Part shown: positions 55,494 through 64,000 of the stretch, piece by piece
Layout: every line of letters starts with the position of its first letter
Numbering within the stretch: the first letter of the stretch is position 1
Translations under genes and position numbers: made by a program
Notes under the pieces: model-generated
What the model saw: only the letters and a program-made list of their open reading frames with translations
Told to the model about the DNA's origin: nothing
The model's database searches: none
Assembly: GCA_963708295.1 (NCBI GenBank)
Contig: CAVPSJ010000008.1
Coordinates: forward strand, 32,001-96,000
Source: an uncultured delta proteobacterium
GTDB lineage: Bacteria > Desulfobacterota > BSN033 > UBA1163
Length of the DNA: 64,000 nt
Reading direction: 5' to 3'

Positions 55494-56687
55494 CTATCTT
55501 TTTTCTATGGCGAGTTTTTTCGCGACGTCCCTAAATCCAGGGAGAGCGGCCTCAATCATCTTCTTGTCCACCGCATAGGCAATTCTGAAATAACCCGGTT
55601 TTCCAAAACCCCTTCCCGGAACCGTCAAGATTCTTTCTGATTGAAGTTCTTTGACAAAGGCCAGATCATCTTCAATGGGGGCCTTCGGAAAAAGATAAAA
55701 AGCCCCTTGGGGTTTCACGACGTCGTACCCGAATGAGATCAAGGCATTGTAAAACAGATCCCGTTTCTCCTCGTATTCTCTGATGTTGACCGAATTCCTT
55801 TGAAGGGGAGCGACTAACCTCTGCATCAATGCGGGGGCATTGACAAAACCGAGCGTTCGGAGAGCAAAGACAATGGCAGAAATCAACTCGTCCGTTTCCT
55901 CACAGAGAGGGCTCACAGCAATATAACCGATCCTCTCTCCGGCGAGAGAAAGGTCTTTCGAGTGAGAGGTCACACGAATCGTATGGGGGTAGTGATGAAA
56001 GGCGATCGGAAGCCGAATGTGATCATAGACGATCCTTCGATAAGCCTCGTCCGTAATGAGGTATAAGGTTTTGCCCGACTCTCGGTTTTTCTTTCTGAGC
56101 AGCTCCCCCAGATTTTCGAGAGATCCCTGATCATAAACAACGCCGGTGGGATTATTGGGTGAGTTGATCAGGATGGCCTTGGTTTTGGCCCCGATCGCTT
56201 TTTCAATCTCCGGAAGGTTGAGTGAGAAGTCCTCACGGGTGTCGACCAATCGCATTTGACCGCCACAATTTTCGATATAAAATTTGAATTCCATAAAATA
56301 GGGGGAAGGAACGATGACCTCATCTCCGTCGTCTAAGATTGCCTTTAAGACAATATTCAGCCCACCGGCAGCCCCTACTGTCATCACGACATGCTTTTCA
56401 TCAAAGGGGAGTCCGGATTCCTCTTTCAGATATTCGGCGATCGCTTTTCTCGTCTCACTGTATCCGCTGTTCGCCATATAGCGATGCATTCCCGGGATTG
56501 GACGATCGGCAAGGGCTTTCAGTGCCTTCTTCAAGGATTCAGGGGGCTCGAGATTGGGATTCCCTAGGGAAAAATCATAGACGTTTTCTTCCCCGTAAAG
56601 TTTTTTCATCGACTCCCCTTCTTCGAACATCTGCCTGACCCAGGAGGCACCACTCAATGAGTTCTTCACCTTCCTTGAGATGGCCAT
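55494..56687 (-). CDS. Class I PLP aminotransferase (aspartate/aromatic/prephenate type)
   Basis: FSLGNP, INSPNNPTG, DEAY, SHSKDLSLAGERIGY; AAAGGAG RBS before ATG 56687. Confidence 0.92.
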   Translation of the reverse strand: MAISRKVKNSLSGASWVRQMFEEGESMKKLYGEENVYDFSLGNPNLEPPESLKKALKALADRPIPGMHRYMANSGYSETRKAIAEYLKEESGLPFDEKHVVMTVGAAGGLNIVLKAILDDGDEVIVPSPYFMEFKFYIENCGGQMRLVDTREDFSLNLPEIEKAIGAKTKAILINSPNNPTGVVYDQGSLENLGELLRKKNRESGKTLYLITDEAYRRIVYDHIRLPIAFHHYPHTIRVTSHSKDLSLAGERIGYIAVSPLCEETDELISAIVFALRTLGFVNAPALMQRLVAPLQRNSVNIREYEEKRDLFYNALISFGYDVVKPQGAFYLFPKAPIEDDLAFVKELQSERILTVPGRGFGKPGYFRIAYAVDKKMIEAALPGFRDVAKKLAIEKR

Positions 56688-56729
56688 ATTTGAACTCTCC
56701 TTTCTTACCCTTCTCACTCAGTCCGATAA

Positions 56730-56765
56730 GAAACAAAAAAGCCATAAGGCTAGGTCCCTATGGCT
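56730..56765 (-). terminator. Second (downstream) intrinsic terminator in aminotransferase leader
   Basis: AGCCAUAGGG-loop-CCUUAUGGCU then UUUUUGUUU. Confidence 0.7.
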
Positions 56766-56768
56766 GTC

Positions 56769-56809
56769 AAAAAGAAAAAGCCATGGGCCCGAGCAGTCAC
56801 CCATGGCTT
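56769..56809 (-). terminator. Attenuator terminator in aminotransferase leader
   Basis: AAGCCAUGGG-12 nt-CCCAUGGCUU then UUUCUUUUU. Confidence 0.85.
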
Positions 56810-56832
56810 CCATCCCTCCATCGGGATTGGAT

Positions 56833-56883
56833 TTATGGGTGACCTTTCCAAAAGTAAAAATAAAAGAAGCAAAAGTTGAACAT
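56833..56883 (-). CDS. Aromatic amino acid-rich leader peptide (attenuator)
   Basis: GAGGAAG RBS; MFNFCFFYFYFWKGHP* (6 Phe, 2 Tyr, 1 Trp); 3' codons complementary to the terminator 5' arm. Confidence 0.85.
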   Translation of the reverse strand: MFNFCFFYFYFWKGHP

Positions 56884-57151
56884 TTTTATCTTCCTCAAAT
56901 ATTATTGTATGACATAAGTGGCTGGATTTGTCAAGGAAAATATGACCTTAGCCTTTCCGGATTTCTCAAAACATCCAGGGGTGAAAAAGTGGAAACGATA
57001 CTGGCAGGCTCGCCTCCGAACTTCAGAATGCGGTCGTCTAGCAGGCTCGTCGTTTCATCAGGCATTGAAGCCGGGCCTCAAAGGGTTGACTTTTCTCAGA
57101 AATCTCTTTAATATTGCCAAGATATATTTTATCCGGAGATTGAGAGAAGAG

Positions 57152-59191
57152 ATGGCTGGTGAGAAACGGCTCGCCCGAACCAGAAATATCGGATTTATGG
57201 CCCATATCGACGCGGGGAAAACCACTGTCACGGAAAGGGTCCTTTTTTATGCTAAGAAGACCCACCGCATGGGAGAAGTCGATGATGGGACGGCCACCAT
57301 GGACTGGATGCAACAAGAACAGGAGAGAGGCATTACTATTACCTCTGCCGTCACGACGGTTGAATGGAAAGGGACTACCATCCATATTATCGATACTCCC
57401 GGTCATGTCGATTTCACGATCGAGGTGGAACGTTCGCTGCGCGTGCTGGATGGGACCGTCGCAATCTTCAGTGCTGTCGAAGGAGTGGAGCCCCAATCCG
57501 AGACCGTATGGCATCAGGCGGATAAATATCGAGTTCCGAAGATGGCCTTCGTTAATAAGATGGATCGAATCGGCTCGGATTTCTTCGGGACGGTAAAGAT
57601 GATGGCTGACCGTCTTGGAGCCCATCCCCTGATTACGCAAATCCCCATCGGTACGGAAGACCGGTTCATTGGAGTGGTTGATCTCATCCGGTCCAAAGGA
57701 ATTGTCTGGGATGAAAACAGCCTGGGGGTCGAATTCAGGGAGGTTTCGATTCCCAAGGAGGTAGAGGAAGAAGCCGCCTTTTACCGGTCAAGGCTGATTG
57801 AGTCGATTGCCGAGTTGGATGAACAGTTGACGGAAAAGTATCTCAACGGAGAGCCGATCTCCGAATCTGAATTGAAGGGAGTCCTCAGGAGAGCCACCAT
57901 CTCCATGAGGGCCGTCCCCGTCCTCTGCGGTGCCGCATTGAGAAATCAGGGAATCCAGACCCTCGTGGAGGCCATTGTGGACTATCTTCCTTCTCCCCTC
58001 GATATCCCACCGGTGGAGGGGAAGCATCCGGTGACGGGAGAGCCGGAATTCAGAATGGCCAGGGAGGATGAATTTCTCGCCGCCTTAGCTTTCAAGGTGA
58101 TGATGGATGAAGGCAGGAAATTGATCTATATCCGCATTTACTCCGGTATCCTCAGGGTGGGGGCCGAGGTTTACAACCCTCGATTGAAGAGGGGTGAGAA
58201 GATCTCAAGAATCTTTCAGATGCATGCCCATCAGCGCACTCGCACCGAAGAGGCAAAGGCAGGTGAGATTGTAGCGGTGATGGGTTTAAAGGAAACAACC
58301 ACAGGAGACTCCCTCTGCGATCGGAATCGCCCGATTTTCCTCGAGCCCATTGATTTTTATAACCCTGTCATGTCCATCGCCGTGGAGCCCAAGACAGGCA
58401 TGGATCAAGAGAAGCTGACCGACTCTCTCGAAAAGTTGAGTGAGGAAGACCCCACCTTCCAGGTCAAGCTGGATGAAGATACCGGTCAGACGATCCTCTC
58501 GGGGATGGGGGAACTACATCTGGACGTGTTGGTCAATCGTCTCCTGACGGAATATCACCTGGAGGTCAACGTGGGGAGGCCTCAGGTTGTCTATCGAGAG
58601 ACGATCGAAAAAGAGGTAGAAGCTTCGGCCAAATTTATGAAAGAGATGGACGAAGTGAAACATTTCGGGGAGGTCTTTTTGCGGATCTCGCCCAACGGAC
58701 GCGGAAAGGGAATTGAATTTCATTCGGAGGTGCCGGAGAGATCGCTGTTCGCCGAAGGGCTTCTTGCAGTGGAGGAAGGCATTCGAGAGTCTTCCACCGT
58801 GGGAGTGATTTTGGGTTATCCCATGGATGACCTGCGGGTCACTTTGCTAAAAGCCAATATTGATCCCGTCCATCCCTCTCCGCTCGCGCTCAAGATTGCT
58901 TCCTCCAATGCGGTGCGAGAAGGATGTCGGAGGGCTCAACCGGTGCTCATGGAACCGATGATGGAAGTCAGTGTGATCGTTCCTGAAGAGTTCATGGGAG
59001 AAGTGGTAGGAGATCTGAAGGCGCGGAAGAGCTCCGTCGAAGCGATTACCCCCAAGGGAAAAGTCACGATGATCAGCGCCCTCTCCCCCCTCACCCGGAT
59101 GTTTGGTTATTCGACCGATTTGCGATCCCTCACCCAGGGACGGGGAACCTTCTCCATGCAGTTTTCCCGCTATGACAAAATGATCTCGTAA
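57152..59191 (+). CDS. fusA: Elongation factor G paralogue with divergent domain IV
   Basis: [46 protein letters not shown]; not in the str operon. Confidence 0.92.
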   Translation: MAGEKRLARTRNIGFMAHIDAGKTTVTERVLFYAKKTHRMGEVDDGTATMDWMQQEQERGITITSAVTTVEWKGTTIHIIDTPGHVDFTIEVERSLRVLDGTVAIFSAVEGVEPQSETVWHQADKYRVPKMAFVNKMDRIGSDFFGTVKMMADRLGAHPLITQIPIGTEDRFIGVVDLIRSKGIVWDENSLGVEFREVSIPKEVEEEAAFYRSRLIESIAELDEQLTEKYLNGEPISESELKGVLRRATISMRAVPVLCGAALRNQGIQTLVEAIVDYLPSPLDIPPVEGKHPVTGEPEFRMAREDEFLAALAFKVMMDEGRKLIYIRIYSGILRVGAEVYNPRLKRGEKISRIFQMHAHQRTRTEEAKAGEIVAVMGLKETTTGDSLCDRNRPIFLEPIDFYNPVMSIAVEPKTGMDQEKLTDSLEKLSEEDPTFQVKLDEDTGQTILSGMGELHLDVLVNRLLTEYHLEVNVGRPQVVYRETIEKEVEASAKFMKEMDEVKHFGEVFLRISPNGRGKGIEFHSEVPERSLFAEGLLAVEEGIRESSTVGVILGYPMDDLRVTLLKANIDPVHPSPLALKIASSNAVREGCRRAQPVLMEPMMEVSVIVPEEFMGEVVGDLKARKSSVEAITPKGKVTMISALSPLTRMFGYSTDLRSLTQGRGTFSMQFSRYDKMIS

Positions 59192-59275
59192 AAGGGGATG
59201 GATGAAGCGGGGTCAAGGGTTCTAGGTTTGAAGGTGGAAGTGGATGGGACCTCTTGAAATCGTGAGGGATCAGCC

Positions 59276-60295
59276 ATGGATGAAGAGATCCTCCAACTCC
59301 TGAGGGATCACTCATCGGAGTTTCTTTCCGGAGAACAGATCAGCCGTCATTTGAGGGTGAGCCGGACGGCGGTATGGAAGAGAATCCAAAAGCTCAGGGC
59401 GCTGGGGTATGAGATTGAGGCTTCGACCCGTTCCGGGTACCGTTTGCTTGGATCGCCAGATCTCCTCACCCCAGCTGAAATCAAACCCTATCTGAAAACA
59501 ACGTGGATCGGGAAAACAATCCATCATTTCGATACCCTTGACTCAACGAATGCGAAAGCCTATCAGCTGGCTCTCGATGGTGCAGAGGAAGGGGAGGTGG
59601 TGATTGCGGAGTCGCAGGAGAAGGGGAAGGGGAGATTGGGAAGACAGTGGGTTTCTCCGCCTTTTCTAAACCTTTATCTTTCCGTCATCCTCCGGCCGAA
59701 AATACCCCCTCATCAAGCCTCCCTCATCACGCTCATGGCGGCCGTCGCTACAGCAGACGCCATCCGGGGGTTCTCCGGACTCGCTCCATTGATCAAATGG
59801 CCCAACGATATTCTTCTCCAGGATCGAAAGGTAGCCGGACTCCTGAATGAGATCCACTCAGAAATCGACCGCATCCATTTCGTGATTCTTGGGCTTGGAG
59901 TAAACCTCAATGCCGGCGAGAAAACGCTTCCAAAAGAGATCCGGGGCATCGCCACCTCGCTCAAAATAGAAATGGGACAGACGATTTCGAGAAAAGCCTT
60001 TCTCCCTTTGTTGTTACAGGAACTGGAAAAGTGGTATTCGATCTTCATCCATAGAGGCAGTGCCGTCATCCTGGACGCCTGGAGAGGTCGAGCTCATCTT
60101 CAAGGGAGACGGGTCAGGATCGTTTCCTTCGGGGAGACACTCACCGGCACCGCGATTGATGTGGATTCAGATGGAGCCTTGATCTTGGAGACAGCAGATG
60201 GAGAACGAAAAAGAGTGGTGGCAGGAGACGTGGAGTATTCAACGAAGATTGAAGCACCAAATCTCAAGCACCAAGGTCCAAACAAATCCCAATGA
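59276..60295 (+). CDS. birA: Bifunctional biotin ligase/repressor
   Basis: N-terminal HTH (SRTAVWKRI), DSTN, GKGRLGRQW, KWPND, KVAG. Confidence 0.95.
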   Translation: MDEEILQLLRDHSSEFLSGEQISRHLRVSRTAVWKRIQKLRALGYEIEASTRSGYRLLGSPDLLTPAEIKPYLKTTWIGKTIHHFDTLDSTNAKAYQLALDGAEEGEVVIAESQEKGKGRLGRQWVSPPFLNLYLSVILRPKIPPHQASLITLMAAVATADAIRGFSGLAPLIKWPNDILLQDRKVAGLLNEIHSEIDRIHFVILGLGVNLNAGEKTLPKEIRGIATSLKIEMGQTISRKAFLPLLLQELEKWYSIFIHRGSAVILDAWRGRAHLQGRRVRIVSFGETLTGTAIDVDSDGALILETADGERKRVVAGDVEYSTKIEAPNLKHQGPNKSQ

Positions 60296-60387
60296 CCAAA
60301 ATTCTAAACTCTAGATAGAATTGTTCTGGTCATTGGAAATTGAAATTTGGAATTTAATTGGGGTTTGGAATTTGGGATTTGAGATTT
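60252..60387. repeat. Degenerate 7-mer-repeat inverted element overlapping the birA 3' end
   Basis: AAGCACC AAATCTC AAGCACC AAGGTCC ... TTTGGAA TTTGGGA TTTGAGA TTT. Confidence 0.7.
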
Positions 60388-60417
60388 CCCCCAGCCACGC
60401 TGGGAGGAGGGGGTTCT

Positions 60418-61200
60418 ATGCTGCTGGTTCTTGATGTGGGAAACACGAATACGGTTCTGGGAGTTTATGATGGAGGGGTCCTGGTGGATCATTGGCGGAT
60501 CGCTACCGAAAAGGGAAAGACGGCGGATGAATGGGGGATCCTGTTTCGAGACCTGTTCCTGTTTGATCGGATCGATACCGAAGATTTTGAGGGGTTGATC
60601 ATCTCCTCCGTGGTTCCTCCTGTCCTGGATATGTTGCAGGGAATGGCTGAAAAGTATTTTCATGCCAAGCCGCTCATCGTCGGGCCAGAACTCGATACGG
60701 GAATCGTGGTCGCCTATGATAACCCTGCCGAGGTGGGAGCGGACAGAATCGTCAATGCCGTTGCTGCCTATGCGCGATATAAGAGGAGCCTGATCGTCGT
60801 CGACTTTGGAACAGCCACCACCTTCGATTATGTCTCTTCCAGGGGTGAATATCGTGGGGGCGCGATTGCACCGGGGATCGGGATTTCCGCGGAAGCCCTG
60901 TTCCAGAAGACTTCCAAACTTCCCAGGGTAGAGATCGTAAAACCGAAACACGTGATCGGAAAAAATACCATTCACAGTATGCAGTCGGGTATCTTTTTCG
61001 GATACGTCGGATTGGTCGATGAAATCGTGAGGAGAATGAAGAAGGAGGTGAAATCGAAACCCAAGGTGATTGCGACGGGCGGACTGGCAGGCCTCATCGC
61101 GATGGAGTCGGAAACCATCGAGGAGGTGAATGAATTTCTCACCCTTGAAGGGCTAAGGATCATCTACGAGAGGAACCAGAGGAAAAGGAAGAAAAGGTGA
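60418..61200 (+). CDS. coaX: Type III pantothenate kinase
   Basis: [31 protein letters not shown]; GGAGGAGG RBS. Confidence 0.96.
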   Translation: MLLVLDVGNTNTVLGVYDGGVLVDHWRIATEKGKTADEWGILFRDLFLFDRIDTEDFEGLIISSVVPPVLDMLQGMAEKYFHAKPLIVGPELDTGIVVAYDNPAEVGADRIVNAVAAYARYKRSLIVVDFGTATTFDYVSSRGEYRGGAIAPGIGISAEALFQKTSKLPRVEIVKPKHVIGKNTIHSMQSGIFFGYVGLVDEIVRRMKKEVKSKPKVIATGGLAGLIAMESETIEEVNEFLTLEGLRIIYERNQRKRKKR

Positions 61201-62062
61201 GCAGGAGCCGTTTCAGTTCTTCCTCAGTGTTTTTATCCGGTCTTTTTAAGGGAGGCCGTGGATTTCCGCCGAAGTATCCGGCCAGATCCATCGCCATTTT
61301 GAGGCCGCCGATGCCGTACTTTGTCGTCACTGCGCCAGCCAACGGAGTCAATTGACCCTGTAATATCCGCGCCTCATCAAACTTTTTCTCCTCAAACAGA
61401 TTCTGGATCCGGACGCATTCCTGAGGCACCACATTGGCCACGGCCAATATTCCACCCACGGCCCCTACACAAAGGGCAGGGAAGAATACGGGTGCTGAAC
61501 CGACGAAAACAGCAAATCCTTTTCGAGAAAGACGAATCACTTCACTCAATTGGCCAATATTCCCTGAGCTGTCCTTGACGCCGATGATATTCGAGTGTTC
61601 AGAGAGCCTGGCCACCCATTCTGGCTCTAAATTGATTCCGGTAAACTGGGGGACGTTGTAGATCAGAATTCCGATGCGGGAAGATTCCGCCACGGCCACA
61701 AAATGATCGTATAAAATCTGGGGCTTCATCGATCCCTTAAAATAAGAGGGAGTGACGACGAGGGCGCAATCTGCACCCATTTTCGCGACTTGATTCGTAA
61801 ACCGGATGGTCTCCTCCGTCGATTCCATTCCCGTTCCAACAAGCATGATTTTCGAGGCGGGGATAGATTCCCTTGAGATTTCGACCGTTTTTGTTTTTTC
61901 CTTCTCGTTTAAATAGACCGCTTCGCCGTTCGATCCCAGGACGAGGTAGCCGGAGAGATCTGTCTTGTTCCATCTCTTAAAATTTTCCTTGAGTTTCTCC
62001 GGAGCCAGTTTCCCATCTTGGAAAGGTGTGGCCATGGGTGGCATGACACCGCTCAGTTTCAT
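61160..62062 (-). CDS. DapA-family aldolase, 4-hydroxy-2-oxoglutarate aldolase-like
   Basis: LGSNGE (not GTTGE), IYNVP, GVKDSSG. Confidence 0.85.
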   Translation of the reverse strand: MKLSGVMPPMATPFQDGKLAPEKLKENFKRWNKTDLSGYLVLGSNGEAVYLNEKEKTKTVEISRESIPASKIMLVGTGMESTEETIRFTNQVAKMGADCALVVTPSYFKGSMKPQILYDHFVAVAESSRIGILIYNVPQFTGINLEPEWVARLSEHSNIIGVKDSSGNIGQLSEVIRLSRKGFAVFVGSAPVFFPALCVGAVGGILAVANVVPQECVRIQNLFEEKKFDEARILQGQLTPLAGAVTTKYGIGGLKMAMDLAGYFGGNPRPPLKRPDKNTEEELKRLLLTFSSFSSGSSRR

Positions 62063-62262
62063 CAAACCGTCCTCCTTATTCCTCTTTTCTTGCGTAAAGA
62101 TTCCAAAAGAAATATGGAATCCCGGGTCCTTGTTTTGGCAATCGGTTTTGAAATTCACCACTTAGAATTTCGTCTAAAATAACATGTTACTCAAGGTGCG
62201 GTCAAATGATTTTCCGGCGTTTCCGAAAGTCTGTCCGAGGAAAAATGTTGATAGGGTTTTGT

Positions 62263-62292
62263 TTGACAAATACGAAGATGAATGGGTAGAAT
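62263..62292 (+). promoter_or_regulatory. Sigma70 promoter
   Basis: TTGACA-18-TAGAAT. Confidence 0.55.
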
Positions 62293-62366
62293 TTCTACAA
62301 AGTGAACCTTTCTCGCCCCGTCAGGACGAGCACGGCAGCGAGGCTTCGCGGACAAGGAGGAGAATC

Positions 62367-63157
62367 ATGACGGAGGGTTTTTCCCGGGACTCCATGATGG
62401 CTGGGAACCCGGCGGAAAAGGTCCCCAAAAGGGCACCGGAGGCAATTCAGCAAGTGGTGATGGCGAACAGGATCCTGAGCAATGAGGGCATCCTCGATGC
62501 CCTCGGGCATGTGAGCGTGAGGAACCCAGTGAACGCAGCACCTTCTTTCAGGCGCGCTCCATTTCTCCTTTCGAAGTCACCCCGGAGGATATCCTGGAGA
62601 TCGACCTCGACGGGGATGTCGTCACTCAGACGACGATGAAACCTTACGGAGAGCGCATCATCCATGGGGCGATTCTCAAAGCCCGTCCCGAAATGAATGC
62701 TGTCTTTCATGGCCATTTCGCTGCCGTCATACCGTTTTCGGTCACGAACACCCCTATCCGTCCGATCACCCATGTGGGAAGTTTCCTCTATCAGGGAGTC
62801 CCGATTTACGACGATTACGAACCGGATGGAGGCATGCTGATCAGGACGAAGCAAGAAGGAGAGCGAATCGCCAGGCATCTCGGCCAGCACAGGGTCCATC
62901 TGCTTCGCGGGCATGGATGTAATATCGTTGCCGAGAACCTTCCGCGGCTCGTTGCCTCTGCCATCCACCTGAGGGAAAATGCGACCATTCAGTGGCAGAC
63001 GCTTCTGAGCGGCAAGGAGGCGAAATACCTTTCCCCTGAAGAAGCGGAAGCGGCCATGGAAATCGCCCTCTTTGGCGCCAGCCCGATCGACCGGATGTGG
63101 CGGTACTGGGTCGCAAGGGTGAAGAGGAACATGCCCGATATGAAAGATTGGAAATAA
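62367..63157 (+). CDS. Class II aldolase/adducin family protein (frameshifted)
   Basis: ANRIL..EGILDALGHVSVR, ERIIHGAI, VFHGH, LLRGHG. Confidence 0.85.
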
Positions 63158-63248
63158 GCCGCATCAATGAAAACCTCAGAGAGCAGTTTGCCCACACCCT
63201 TTGCGAGGAGAGGTAAAAAACTGGGGGAGCGCGAGGGTCGTTTTCCTG

Positions 63249-63277
63249 TTGACATACCCCCCCTTGTTATGTATATT
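63249..63277 (+). promoter_or_regulatory. Sigma70 promoter
   Basis: TTGACA-17-TATATT. Confidence 0.6.
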
Positions 63278-63425
63278 CCACCCATTCATCCGTCCAAGAG
63301 TGAATTCTTGTCATCTGTCGGAACAGCAAAAAGATTGAGTTCCATGCCCCCGTATCCGTCAAGCGGCCTGCCTGGGCCGCCCGCCCAAACGGTGTTGGCA
63401 GGAAAGAAACCCTAAGGAGGTGTCA

Positions 63426-64000
63426 ATGATGAAACGATGGATCTCTGTGATATCCGTGCTCGGTGTCGCTCACGCTGTTTGCAGCCACTGATCTGTATGC
63501 GGCCCCGTTTTACGAGGGCAAGATCGTGCGCGTCACCGTCGGCTTTTCTGCCGGGGGAGGCTTCGACCTGTGGGCGCGCGTCGTCGCTCGCCATTTGGGA
63601 AGGAACATTCCCGGGCAATCCCACGGTCATCGTGGAGAACATCACCGGAGCGGGCGGCCTCATCCAGACGAACAAGCTCTTCAAGGCGACCAAGCCGGAC
63701 GGACTGACCATCGGCCACATCAACGGCGGACTTATCCTGAGCCAGATGATGGGCCAGCCGGGGTACGACTTCGACAGCCAGAAGTTCATCTACATCGGCG
63801 CCGCCAACAAGGAGAACACCGTATTCGTCTTCGGCAAGAAGAGCGGCATGACCTCGGCCGACAAGTGGCGGACCTCGTCCGTCGCCTGTCAAGATCGGCG
63901 GCCTTGTGACCGGGAATTTTATCGACAACTGCGACCGGGTGATGAAAGACGTGCTCGGCTTTCCCACGCAGATCATCACCGGCTACAAGGGCACGGCCGA
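63426..64000 (+). CDS. Tripartite tricarboxylate transporter substrate-binding protein (Bug/TctC-like; frameshifted, runs off window)
   Basis: AAGGAGGT RBS, signal peptide, VGFSAGGGFDLWAR, VENITGAGG, KPDGLTIG, GYKG. Confidence 0.85.

Noticed and set aside
56918-57151. 78 aa N-terminal extension of EF-G (and similar extensions of coaX, cysS, comM)
   Set aside because: Homology begins at downstream ATGs; the extensions run through promoter or repeat sequence

Overview
Bacterial chromosomal window of roughly 50% GC. Gene content suggests an anaerobic deltaproteobacterium/Desulfobacterota-like organism (inference). The right half is mostly housekeeping and signalling: comM, cysS-gltX-ispF-ispD-PIN/TRAM-carD, kdsB, a PAS/GAF kinase-response regulator-GGDEF/HD-GYP module, an aminotransferase, a divergent EF-G, birA and coaX. 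The left half is a patchwork of accessory genes and gene remnants. Main highlights: (1) A ~10 kb minus-strand, apparently biosynthetic operon (8.4-18.4 kb) encoding a B12-dependent radical SAM enzyme, a homocitrate/isopropylmalate-synthase-like enzyme, a two-subunit aconitase-like isomerase, a non-canonical TrxB-like flavoprotein, LuxE and LuxC homologues and a U32 Fe-S protein. I do not recognise this combination as a described pathway. (2) An unannotated Phe/Tyr/Trp-rich leader peptide (MFNFCFFYFYFWKGHP) with an antiterminator and tandem terminators upstream of the aminotransferase. (3) A single low-GC glycosyltransferase gene inserted at the comM 3' end, flanked by a 177-bp duplication. (4) A ribbon-helix-helix gene with a helically phased TCAT array over its promoter. 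(5) A family of intergenic 7-mer-repeat hairpin elements. Many accessory genes are broken by single-base frameshifts, most likely long-read indel errors, so coordinates for those genes are reconstructed. No rRNA, tRNA or CRISPR array was recognised.
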